Shown here: in pieces, positions 10,601 through 18,534 of the stretch
Numbering within the stretch: position 1 is the first letter of the stretch
How the letters are laid out: each line of letters opens with the position of its first letter
From: a virus
Taxonomy: Duplodnaviria; Caudoviricetes
Virus record (IMG/VR): IMGVR_UViG_3300027782_000030
Coordinates: 136,571 to 200,570 of that record
Reading direction: 5' to 3' (one strand)
DNA length: 64,000 nucleotides
The notes under the pieces: generated by a model
Told to the model about the DNA's origin: nothing
Databases searched by the model: none
The model's input: only the letters and a program-made list of their open reading frames with translations
Translations under genes and position numbers: made by a program

Positions 10601-13600
10601 CCCATAAAATATATCGATACACGAATTATTAAATCAAAAAGATTGCCAAACAAAAATAATTTTATTATCATTGATAATAACATAATTGACAGTTTTGATT
10701 GGTCATGGCACCCTGATGAAACAGAAGAGCCATTTGTTTATATATTTGGTAATAATCAGTACTCGGCTGAGATAATGCCAACTATAAAATATGTTGTAGA
10801 AGGTGCTGCTGAAATAAAATATGTTAACGATATAATTGCTACTTTAGGTGAAAACAAAACCTATTGGGAAATGCCTGAAGGTGTGAATATTATCAACTTT
10901 GATTTTAGTTGGGTACCTAACCCTAAAGACCCTGCTTACATATATGAATTTGGTACTCAATGGAATGATAGAGGAGGACCAAAATATGTTCCTCCTAATA
11001 AAGGGCTTAGATTAGCATCAGGTAAACTTATCGGTCAATATAAGTATGTCAGTGATCAAATTGCTACAGTAGGGGAAAATAAAACAAATTGGATCATACC
11101 TAATAATATTGACATTACAGGTTTTGATTTTAGTTGGGTCCCACATCCCGATGATCCGCCATATGTATATGAATTTGGTACCCAATGGCAGCAGACAGGA
11201 GGGCCCAAGTATATAGTTGAGAATGCTACTGAAGTTAAATATGTAGATATATTTAAAGTTAGAATGTTACCCAATAGTGATAATTGGGAAGTACCTGATA
11301 ATATAGATAGCACTAAATTTGATTTTAGCTGGCATCCAAATTCAACTGAAGAACCCTACACATATAAATTTGGAACTCAGTGGCAAAAGACTGGAGGTCC
11401 TAGTTATTTAACACCTGGTATTCATAAAAACAGTCCGATAAAATATATTGATAATCAAGTACTTAGTAGTATTAGATTACCCAACAAAGACAATTTTACT
11501 ATATTAGATAATATTATTGTTGCTGATTTTGATTACAGTTGGCACCCTGACGAAACTGAAGAGCCGTATGTGTACGTATTTGGTAATAATTATTATCCAG
11601 CTGAGATAATGCCAACTATTCAATATGTACCCGAAAATGTAGTCAGAGCAGCATCAGGGATACCAATTGAGCCAATTAAATATGTTAATAATGTGGTTGC
11701 AACATTAGGACAAAATAAAACTAATTGGATAGTACATCAGCCGATAGATGAAAGTAAGTTTGATTTCAGTTGGGTACCTAATCCCAAAGATCCTCCTTAT
11801 ATCTATGTTTGGGGTAACAAGTATATTTCAAACATATATAAACCTACATTGGAATATGTTCCTTCTGAAATTCCTAGACTAGCAACAGGTAAACCAATTG
11901 GTCAAATTAAGTATATGGATGATGACGTTGAAGTTCTTCCCGAATGGGATAATTGGATTATACCTGAAGATATAGATAAAAATAGTTTTGATTTTACATG
12001 GAGACCTGATCCACGTGAGCCTGATTTTATATATCAATTTGGTACACAACATCAAAAAACAGGTGGTCCTCAGTATATTACCTTAGGTATCCCTAGACTA
12101 GCAACAGGAAAACCAATTGGCGGTCAAGTTAAATATGTTGATGGTATAAAGGCTAAAAAGCTACCTAATAAAACTAATTGGACTAATCCTAGCAAAGCGG
12201 ATGTTAGTACATTTGATTTCAGTTGGCACCCGGACGATACGTCACCTCCTTACATATATCAATTTGGTACATTATTAGATAGAGAAGATGGACCTAGGTA
12301 TATGACTCCAAAGACTAATGGAGTGATTGTTTATTTGGAAAAAGTTGAAAAAGAAATTGAGGAAGTTATAGAAGAATTGGTACGAGGTGATTTCCCTAAA
12401 TATTATATTTCTACTACCCTTGAAGATTTGGTAAAAGAACACCCAAATGAAATGTTTTGGGCATTAAATCCTAATTTAGATTATAGTGATTTTGATTTTG
12501 ATTGGAGACCTAATATTGACCGATCACAGTATGAATCAGAATATGTTCATGTGTTTGGATCTAGTGAAAGTGAAAAAACACAGACATATCTAGTTAATAG
12601 TATAATGTGGGAGAAAGGTTTTAGAGAATTAAATTGGGTCGTTGACAAAAAACTTGATGATGTAACATTATTTAAAATGTTCAAAAAATCCGATATGTTC
12701 TTTGTAGATAGAAGTAACCTAGAATCTCACGCAAGATTTGAACAACTTAAAGTTAAATTTCCTAATATACAAAAGACAAGATACCTAAATAGTTGGGTTG
12801 ATACTATTAATCGTTGTATAAATCGTGCAAGTAGTAATTTATGTTGGATATTAAACAGTGAATTAGATTATAGTAATTTTGATTTTGATTATTATCCTAA
12901 TCCTTGGCAAATGAAAATGGTCCATGTATTTGGAACACAATGGAGTCATTGGGGGTCAACATTCATGGTCAACCGAGAATCATTTGCTGAAGATACTAAA
13001 TGGATTAAAATTATAGAGCATTTAAGTAATCTTAACTTTGTAAAAGATAGAATTGCTATAGCTGATAACAATGTATATGACATATATGTTGTAGACCACG
13101 GTAATAAAGAAACAGCCACTGTGGTTGATCAATTGACTAATAAAGCGTGTGGTAAATCAGTTAATACTATTAAATATACCGAAAATTATTTACTTACATT
13201 TAGAAATCTATTAAGACAATTACCTGAAAAGAAAGAACATTATATTTGGTTATGTAGTAGCATATGTGACTATAGTAATTTTGACTTTAGTTATATATGC
13301 GATCCTTTTGCCCGTGAGCAATTGCATGTATTTCCTAGTGATACTCAAAAATTAGGTGATACCTTTTTAGTTAATATTAATAAGTTTCGTGAATTAATTA
13401 ATAATATGACTTTATTAAATGAATATAATAAAATCAATTATAATCAACATCAAAAAGTTAAAAGATTAGAACCGCCCACTATTATTACTAATTACGATTC
13501 TCATGTATTAAGTGTAATGGAAGACTTTGATTTCCCATATGCTGTGTTTTTATCTGAAGATAATAAAGATTTAAAAGTCAATGACGAAGAGCCGATTAGT

Positions 13601-14416
13601 TTATGGAGCAGTGACACTAAAAACATTGTTGTTACTAGCACAGGTGGAACAAGAATAGTAGTTCCCAAAGAGGCTAAAAATTATGTAGATACGCAATTGT
13701 ATGATTACCCCTACATTAAAAAGGCTAGTAGACTTGTGCCTAGTAATGTTTTAGACATTGTGTTTTTAAGTAATGGTGAGCCCAATGCAGATGAAAACTA
13801 TGAAAACTTGTTAAAACTAACTCGTGGGTTACCAAATAAAGTTACTAGAATAGAAGGCATAAATGGTAGAGTAGCCGCTTATCATAAAACAGCAGAGGCT
13901 AGTAATACTAACTGGTATTTTGTTGTTTGGGGTAAACTATTTGTTAATCCAAAGTTTGATTGGTCGTGGCAACCTGATAGATTACAAATACCTAAGAACT
14001 ATATATTTCATGCAAAAAATCCATTGAATGGATTAATATATGGCCATCAAGCAGTTGTTGCGTATAATAAAAAATTAGCATTATCTACTAAAGGTAATCA
14101 ATTAGACTTTACTATGGAAAGTCCACATCAGGTAGTACCTATATTATCAGGGACCGCTAATTATAATAGTGATGCATGGACTACATGGAGAACTGCATTT
14201 AGAGAGTGTATTAAACTTAGATATGATAATACTGAAGAAAGCAAAAATAGATTAAAAATTTGGTTAACTAAAGCCGATGGAAATTTTGCAGACTTTAGTA
14301 TTCAAGGCGCTAACGATGCTATAGAGTATTTTGATAGTGTGGATGGTGAGTATTCTAAACTCAAACTAAGCTACGAATGGGCTTGGCTGAGAGAAAAGTT
14401 CCAAAAATTTGACTAA
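7667..14416 (+). CDS. 2249-aa tandem-repeat protein with C-terminal glycosyltransferase-like domains
   Basis: 21 core units containing FD[FYW][ST]W..P..PYIY.FG.QW, followed by GT-A-like domains (DIVFLSNGEPNADENY..NGRVAAYH..WYFVVWGKL). ATAAGTA late-promoter-like site at 7652. Confidence 0.75.
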   Translation: MRDVFYYGKKPNVHPKEKFATSIEDARSQCTTEHFWIINEYCDYRNLDWDFDFEFLPDEDVWAEDHNNVWPSQHQKDSGTWLCPKKNSDIIIYRADVDPVIRKNIKNDNWVILYEIDEINFDFSWHPDPTDPSYTYVWGNQWHSGKIMPTVKYSVLGSLEVKYIENNIAILAQLPENFDIFEEVENFDFSWHPNPTSPPYIYVWGNQWNIPQDKISIQYKVDGATEHNYMAERAIRKPCTGNWIIPDNVDTIGFDFSWEPSPADQPYIYQFGTQWQKTGGPQYLTPGVHKNSDIKYIDLQKVKILPNKDNFIILDNIIVDDFDYSWHSDETEEPYIYVFGNNLYAAEIMPTIQYVPKNAVRLTSGKPIEQIKYVNDLVAKLGENRNNWVIHQPIDEIKFDFSWVPNPKDPPYIYVWGNKYISNIYKPTVEYIVEGATEIKYMDDSVAVLPELDRWYIPNNIDDTGFDYTWRPDPLEPVLIWQFGTQWQKTGGPRYTMPSAIEIKYIDSQKVKALPNKNWTIPKNIDVSEFDFSWHPDDTSPSYIYRFPTQWAMSGGPIYTVVGATEVKYIDIFRAKALPNTDNWEFDSNNIDSSIFDFSWHPYAEDEPFIYQFGTQWQKTGGPRYLTPGVHKNSPVKYIDTRIIKAKRLPNKNNFVILDDNVISDFDYSWHHDDTEELFIYVFGNNLYSAEIMPTIQYVPKNAVRLTSGKPIEQIKYVNDLVAKLGENRNNWVIYQPIDESKFDFSWVPNPKDPAYIYCWGNKFISNVYKPTIEYIVEGATEIKYMDDNVVVVPESDRWYIPSNIDDTGFDYTWRPNPLEPDLIWQFGTQWQKTGGPRYIMPGAIEVKYIDSQKVKALSNKNWTIPENIDVSEFDFSWHPDDTSPPYIYRFPTQWAISGGPNYIVEGATEIKYIDKLKAKALPCKDYWDFNSAIVDENSFDFSWHPYAEDEPFIYQFGTQWQKTGGPRYLTPGVHKNSPIKYIDTRIIKSKRLPNKNNFIIIDNNIIDSFDWSWHPDETEEPFVYIFGNNQYSAEIMPTIKYVVEGAAEIKYVNDIIATLGENKTYWEMPEGVNIINFDFSWVPNPKDPAYIYEFGTQWNDRGGPKYVPPNKGLRLASGKLIGQYKYVSDQIATVGENKTNWIIPNNIDITGFDFSWVPHPDDPPYVYEFGTQWQQTGGPKYIVENATEVKYVDIFKVRMLPNSDNWEVPDNIDSTKFDFSWHPNSTEEPYTYKFGTQWQKTGGPSYLTPGIHKNSPIKYIDNQVLSSIRLPNKDNFTILDNIIVADFDYSWHPDETEEPYVYVFGNNYYPAEIMPTIQYVPENVVRAASGIPIEPIKYVNNVVATLGQNKTNWIVHQPIDESKFDFSWVPNPKDPPYIYVWGNKYISNIYKPTLEYVPSEIPRLATGKPIGQIKYMDDDVEVLPEWDNWIIPEDIDKNSFDFTWRPDPREPDFIYQFGTQHQKTGGPQYITLGIPRLATGKPIGGQVKYVDGIKAKKLPNKTNWTNPSKADVSTFDFSWHPDDTSPPYIYQFGTLLDREDGPRYMTPKTNGVIVYLEKVEKEIEEVIEELVRGDFPKYYISTTLEDLVKEHPNEMFWALNPNLDYSDFDFDWRPNIDRSQYESEYVHVFGSSESEKTQTYLVNSIMWEKGFRELNWVVDKKLDDVTLFKMFKKSDMFFVDRSNLESHARFEQLKVKFPNIQKTRYLNSWVDTINRCINRASSNLCWILNSELDYSNFDFDYYPNPWQMKMVHVFGTQWSHWGSTFMVNRESFAEDTKWIKIIEHLSNLNFVKDRIAIADNNVYDIYVVDHGNKETATVVDQLTNKACGKSVNTIKYTENYLLTFRNLLRQLPEKKEHYIWLCSSICDYSNFDFSYICDPFAREQLHVFPSDTQKLGDTFLVNINKFRELINNMTLLNEYNKINYNQHQKVKRLEPPTIITNYDSHVLSVMEDFDFPYAVFLSEDNKDLKVNDEEPISLWSSDTKNIVVTSTGGTRIVVPKEAKNYVDTQLYDYPYIKKASRLVPSNVLDIVFLSNGEPNADENYENLLKLTRGLPNKVTRIEGINGRVAAYHKTAEASNTNWYFVVWGKLFVNPKFDWSWQPDRLQIPKNYIFHAKNPLNGLIYGHQAVVAYNKKLALSTKGNQLDFTMESPHQVVPILSGTANYNSDAWTTWRTAFRECIKLRYDNTEESKNRLKIWLTKADGNFADFSIQGANDAIEYFDSVDGEYSKLKLSYEWAWLREKFQKFD

Positions 14417-14437
14417 ATATATAGAAGGTGATATACT
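14409..14437 (+). promoter_or_regulatory. Sigma70-type promoter
   Basis: TTGACT-17 nt-TATACT with an extended -10 TG, upstream of 14468. Confidence 0.7.
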
Positions 14438-14467
14438 GTAGTCATCGGTAACACAACGGAGGTTGAT

Positions 14468-14722
14468 ATGAAACGAGTTCTTGGTCTTGTCGTAGCGTTA
14501 GGTCTTGGTGCAAGTGCTACTGGTTGCGCCAGTCATCAGGTTGCCCCCGCAATTGTAGGGGCAGTAGTTGGAGTAGCGGTTGCAGATGCGGCTTACCGTC
14601 GTCCTGTAGTGGTTCAGGGTCCTGTTGTTATTCAGCAACGTCAGTATCCTACAAATTATAATCGTCAGCCGGTTTATGTGTGTGACTACTATACTATCCC
14701 TAACCGTTGTTCTTGGCAATAA
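14468..14722 (+). CDS. Small lipoprotein with a glycine-zipper-like segment
   Basis: Basic N-terminus, hydrophobic core and lipobox-like ATGC; AIVGAVVGVAVA; PVVVQGPVVIQQ tail; GGAGG RBS. Confidence 0.7.
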   Translation: MKRVLGLVVALGLGASATGCASHQVAPAIVGAVVGVAVADAAYRRPVVVQGPVVIQQRQYPTNYNRQPVYVCDYYTIPNRCSWQ

Positions 14723-14736
14723 TAGGAGATCGTAAA

Positions 14737-15057
14737 ATGAAAACAAAAATTCTAGCTGCCGTGCTAGCCATGGCTCCATTAAGTGGCATGGCCCAACACC
14801 ATCAAGGGTTCAGACATTTTGACCATCATCAACACTACAGAGGTGGATTGGGATGGGTAGCACCTGCTGTAATCGGTGGTGCTGTAGTATATGGACTAAC
14901 CCGCCCTGCACCAGTAATCGTTCAACAACCGCCGGTTTATATTCAACAACCTATTATAGTAGACTCATCACAGGTTGTAATCATTGATGGAGTATCTTAC
15001 ATTAAACAGGCCATGATTATTAATGGAGTAACACAAGAGGTATTGGTACGCCAATAA
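14737..15057 (+). CDS. Secreted or membrane His/Pro/Val/Gln-rich protein, similar in build to 14468
   Basis: Signal peptide MKTKILAAVLAMAPLSGMA; GWVAPAVIGGAVVYGLTRP; PVIVQQPPVYIQQP; AGGAG RBS before ATG 14737. Confidence 0.7.
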   Translation: MKTKILAAVLAMAPLSGMAQHHQGFRHFDHHQHYRGGLGWVAPAVIGGAVVYGLTRPAPVIVQQPPVYIQQPIIVDSSQVVIIDGVSYIKQAMIINGVTQEVLVRQ

Positions 15058-15063
15058 TAAACA

Positions 15064-15213
15064 ATGTTTAAATTTAAATTATGGGTTAGGATTAATCCCT
15101 ATCAAACTGCTCATACTGTAGTTTGGGCCAGCAACGCACTGGAGGCCAAACAATTAGGTGAGACTCAGTATGGTGTAGGCAATGTGCTTAACTATACGCA
15201 AATAGATGAATAA
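15064..15213 (+). CDS. 49-aa hypothetical protein (MFKFKLWVRINPYQTAHTVVWASNALEAKQLGETQYGVGNVLNYTQIDE)
   Basis: Read by hand; fills the gap exactly between 15057 and 15220. Confidence 0.6.
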   Translation: MFKFKLWVRINPYQTAHTVVWASNALEAKQLGETQYGVGNVLNYTQIDE

Positions 15214-15219
15214 CCTATA

Positions 15220-16371
15220 ATGAATAATTTTATAGTTTATAACCCATCATCTTTGGATGGGACAGTATACAATATATTTTTTAATATTTTTGGTAGATAT
15301 ACAGATATCGTAGAAGATGTTAAACTGTTTAGTGGTATTTCAGTCTTAACATTAAGAGAAGATTTATTGTTAACAAAAAATCCACTAATGTTTAATTATT
15401 ATGAAATTTACATGTACAGAAAATCTAAAGGGTTACCTACAAAAATTATCATTGATTGGTCATTAGAGGGTCAATGTCATAATTCAAGTTTATCAACTTT
15501 ATTCAAGGAAAACGAACTTAATATTGATAAAGATATATTATTTGTACATAATGATTCTTCTAATAGAATTTGGGTTCCGTTTAATATTGGACAACAGTTA
15601 ACTATTGATTACCATGCATTAGATGCATATAAAAGGTGTATTATTACCTCTAGCAATTTGACTGACAGAACCTTAGTAAAAGACAGAAAAAATGGATTAA
15701 ATTTATTAATAGGTAAATTAAAAACAAAACATTCTAGATTTTTGGCAGCATATTATTTTTATAAATATGATTTACTTGATAGTGCTGTATTAGGTTTGCA
15801 TGTACTACCAGAAGATATTGTCACAAGGATGAAACTACATCCTGCATATTATGATATGAACTTTTATAATAAAATTGTACCATTATTAGGACCAGCGGAT
15901 TCAGTTTCTAAACTACACGATACGAATGAAGGGTGTACAGCAGAAGATGGCGGGTGGCCATTTGATCCAAACATATTTAAAAATTCTAGTATAAGCTATG
16001 TTTGTGAAACCTATGATATTGACAAAGGAATTTTTCCATACTTAGTGACAGAAAAATTTTATAGGTCTATTATTAATAAACATCCGTTTGTAGTGCAAGC
16101 CGGTTCAGGTCAATTAAACACTGTTAAATCTTTGGGGTTTGAAACCTTTTCATCTATCATTGATGAAAGTTATAATGATTATGATGTTCTTGATTATTCA
16201 CATGTTGAAAAAACTGTATTAGCCGCAAAGGATTTTTTATCAAAACTATCTAATAATGCTGATAAAATACAAGAAATTGTAGACTATAATTATAATCGTT
16301 GGCTATCAAGAAGTAAGGATGAATATGATAAGACTACTGATTTTTTTATCAGATTTATAAATAATCAGTAA
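15220..16371 (+). CDS. GT10-like glycosyltransferase-family paralog
   Basis: YVCETY..LVTEKFYR..KHPFVV..LGFETFSSIIDESYND, the same motif as 2..562 and 4336..6057. Confidence 0.6.
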   Translation: MNNFIVYNPSSLDGTVYNIFFNIFGRYTDIVEDVKLFSGISVLTLREDLLLTKNPLMFNYYEIYMYRKSKGLPTKIIIDWSLEGQCHNSSLSTLFKENELNIDKDILFVHNDSSNRIWVPFNIGQQLTIDYHALDAYKRCIITSSNLTDRTLVKDRKNGLNLLIGKLKTKHSRFLAAYYFYKYDLLDSAVLGLHVLPEDIVTRMKLHPAYYDMNFYNKIVPLLGPADSVSKLHDTNEGCTAEDGGWPFDPNIFKNSSISYVCETYDIDKGIFPYLVTEKFYRSIINKHPFVVQAGSGQLNTVKSLGFETFSSIIDESYNDYDVLDYSHVEKTVLAAKDFLSKLSNNADKIQEIVDYNYNRWLSRSKDEYDKTTDFFIRFINNQ

Positions 16372-16379
16372 ATAAAAGT

Positions 16380-16690
16380 ATTGTTGTAAAAGCCGTGAGG
16401 AAAGAAGCAAGTCAAAAGACGGGCAAGACGGGGGTGCGAATCCCCCCACCTCCACCAAAAGCATACTAGAGTGACGCTGGGGAAGAGTAATAGGCAGCGG
16501 TCGATAAATCTTCCAAGTATGCTTCTGATGGGGGTGACTAGAATCGATTGACGGATGAGTAGATGAGTGGACAACACGAGAGGCGATGGACGTAATCCAA
16601 GCAAAATCTATAAATGCCAACGATGAGGTATTTTCTTTAGCCGCATGAGGCTGAGACGGAGTAGGACAGACTCTGTAAAATAACCAACCT
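16380..16690 (+). ncRNA. ssrA: Circularly permuted (two-piece) tmRNA
   Basis: The 3' acceptor piece (T-arm GACGGGGGTGCGAATCCCCC, ending CACCTCCACCA at 16457) comes before a 72-nt intervening sequence and the 5' strand GGGGGTG (16530-16536). The two form a 7-bp acceptor stem with a G3:U wobble. Tag frame 16616-16648 reads ANDEVFSLAA*. Outer ends are approximate. Confidence 0.92.
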
Positions 16691-16691
16691 G

Positions 16692-16719
16692 TAATAGGCC
16701 CGCAAGGGCCTATTATTTT
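16692..16719 (+). terminator. Rho-independent terminator after the tmRNA
   Basis: TAATAGGCCC-GCAA-GGGCCTATTA followed by TTTT. Confidence 0.85.
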
Positions 16720-16746
16720 GTTGTTTTTTCGCAACAAACCCAAAAT

Positions 16747-16775
16747 TTGACATTAATTCGGCATAAGCGTATACT
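16747..16775 (+). promoter_or_regulatory. Early sigma70 promoter (cassette family)
   Basis: TTGACATTAATT, 17-nt spacer, TATACT; upstream AACCCAAAAT is also present at 36448. Confidence 0.85.
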
Positions 16776-16805
16776 ATATCTATAGTGAGAAACAAGGAGA
16801 GCGAA

Positions 16806-17177
16806 ATGAGCGAACTGACTTACAAGACTTGGGAAGAGTACACTCCGCTTGAGCAGGCCGCAATGACCTACTGGGACATGTACAAGGACGCTTACAATTT
16901 CCGCCCCCGTAGTGTAGACACGTCCACATGGACGCTGGCCGACTTCCAAAAGGAGTTCGAAACCCTTCAGTTTATCATCGACCGTGATGAGGCCCAGCGT
17001 ATCGAGGACGAGGCTGCGGCCGTGACTCGGTTCGAAGCCCGTATTGCTAGCATCATCCAACTTGGTGCTAGGGACCGTGCAATGGCACTGCGTTGGATTC
17101 ACGAGGCTGAGGACACCGGCGGCGACGATGAGTACCTCTGCTACACGGTTGGCATCCCTTATGGATACTTCAAATGA
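16806..17177 (+). CDS. Hypothetical early protein
   Basis: ORF behind the promoter; AAGGAG RBS supports ATG 16806. Confidence 0.7.
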   Translation: MSELTYKTWEEYTPLEQAAMTYWDMYKDAYNFRPRSVDTSTWTLADFQKEFETLQFIIDRDEAQRIEDEAAAVTRFEARIASIIQLGARDRAMALRWIHEAEDTGGDDEYLCYTVGIPYGYFK

Positions 17178-17287
17178 CATTCACTTTAACTACCCCAACT
17201 GGTAAGGTTATGCAGTTCTATTTGCAGGCTATGGCTGAAATGTATCAGACACTTTACCAAGGCACAATCACTAAGGTTTCTGCTTGA
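17174..17287 (+). CDS. 37-aa hypothetical protein (MTFTLTTPTGKVMQFYLQAMAEMYQTLYQGTITKVSA)
   Basis: Read by hand. ATGA overlap with the previous stop; its TGA lies inside the next -35 box. Confidence 0.55.
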   Translation: MTFTLTTPTGKVMQFYLQAMAEMYQTLYQGTITKVSA

Positions 17288-17312
17288 CATTAATTCAGGC
17301 AGTTGCTATAAT
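17284..17312 (+). promoter_or_regulatory. Early sigma70 promoter (cassette family)
   Basis: TTGACATTAATT-17-TATAAT. Confidence 0.85.
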
Positions 17313-17346
17313 CTTTTTATCGTAGTTTTTTCAACAGGAGTAAGAA

Positions 17347-18447
17347 ATGGCTCAAGTATCTGACAATCTCACCGTTACTAGTGTTCAGGCCCGTAAGGCA
17401 ATTCTCAAGGCGTTCAAGGTCAAACGTCCCGTGTTTCTTTGGGGTCCTCCCGGAATCGGTAAGAGTGAGGTTGTTTCCGAAATCACCGAGGAGCTCGGTG
17501 GTTTCATGATTGATTTGCGTATGGCGCAAATGGAACCCACTGACATTCGTGGTATTCCCTTTTTCAACAAAGACAATGGCAAGATGGACTGGGCGCCCCC
17601 GGTTGATCTTCCTGACGAGGAACTTGCTAGCCAGTATCCTATCGTCTGTTTGTTCTTGGACGAGATGAACTCGGCTGCCCCTGCTGTACAGGCTGCAGGA
17701 TATCAGTTGATTCTCAATCGCCGTGTTGGTAAGTACAAACTTCCTGATAACGTGGTGATTGTCGCGGCAGGTAACCGTGATAGCGACAAGGGTGTTACTT
17801 ATCGTATGCCGATGCCCCTTGCTAATCGGTTCTTGCATATTGAAATGCGCCCCGACTTCACTTCGTGGCAGAACTGGGCAGTTAACAAAGGTATCCACAA
17901 GGATGTGGTTGGTTATCTGTCATTCGCTAAACAGGATCTCTATGACTTTGATTCAAAGTCCTCTAGCCGCGCATTTGCTACTCCCCGTACTTGGTGCTTT
18001 GTCAGCGATTTGTTGAATGATGAAGAGGATACTGATTCCGATACCCTGTTCAACTTGGTTGCAGGTTCTGTTGGTGAAGGTCTTGCTGTTAAGTTTATGG
18101 CACACCGTAAGGTTGCGGGTCAGATGCCCGAGCCTAGCGACATTCTCGCAGGTAAGGTCAAGGAACTCCGTGTCAAGGAAGTGTCGGCAATGTACTCCCT
18201 CACGATTAGCCTGTGCTATGAATTGAAGGATGCGCTTGACAACAAGCGTGTATCTAACAAACAGTTCCATGAAATGGCTGATAATTTCTTCAGTTACATC
18301 ATGGCTAACTTTGAAACTGAGTTGGTCGTAATGGGTGCAAAGGTCGCTCTGAAAACTTATCGTCTTCCGATCGAACCCAGTCAGTTGAAGCATTTTGATG
18401 ACTTCCACAAGAAATACGGCAAGTACATTGTAGAAGCAGGTAACTGA
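17347..18447 (+). CDS. MoxR/dynein-related AAA+ ATPase
   Basis: Walker A WGPPGIGKS, Walker B LFLDEMN, VAAGN and LANRF motifs. Confidence 0.9.
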   Translation: MAQVSDNLTVTSVQARKAILKAFKVKRPVFLWGPPGIGKSEVVSEITEELGGFMIDLRMAQMEPTDIRGIPFFNKDNGKMDWAPPVDLPDEELASQYPIVCLFLDEMNSAAPAVQAAGYQLILNRRVGKYKLPDNVVIVAAGNRDSDKGVTYRMPMPLANRFLHIEMRPDFTSWQNWAVNKGIHKDVVGYLSFAKQDLYDFDSKSSSRAFATPRTWCFVSDLLNDEEDTDSDTLFNLVAGSVGEGLAVKFMAHRKVAGQMPEPSDILAGKVKELRVKEVSAMYSLTISLCYELKDALDNKRVSNKQFHEMADNFFSYIMANFETELVVMGAKVALKTYRLPIEPSQLKHFDDFHKKYGKYIVEAGN

Positions 18448-18450
18448 TCA

Positions 18451-18474
18451 AAGGGGAGGCAACTCCCCTTTTTT
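18451..18474 (+). terminator. Rho-independent terminator
   Basis: AAGGGGAG-GCAA-CTCCCCTT then a T-run. Confidence 0.85.
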
Positions 18475-18477
18475 CAT

Positions 18478-18506
18478 TTGCAATTAAATACGGTATATGT
18501 TACAAT
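18478..18506 (+). promoter_or_regulatory. Sigma70-type promoter
   Basis: TTGCAATTAAAT-17-TACAAT, immediately after the terminator. Confidence 0.65.
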
Positions 18507-18534
18507 ATAGCATATATACGATAAAGGAGTAGGT

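Noticed and set aside
8500-11900. Diversity-generating retroelement template/variable repeats in the giant gene
   Set aside because: Differences between copies (for example 9470-9640 vs 10490-10670) are mostly synonymous and involve all bases rather than adenine only. No reverse transcriptase is in the window.
16424-16457. tRNA-like T-arm and CCA end
   Set aside because: There is no anticodon arm, and the 5' acceptor strand lies downstream with a tag ORF. It is part of the permuted tmRNA, not a tRNA.
16306-16743. Minus-strand ORFs 16306..16743 and 16365..16604
   Set aside because: They are antisense to the tmRNA and its terminator and have no protein motifs.
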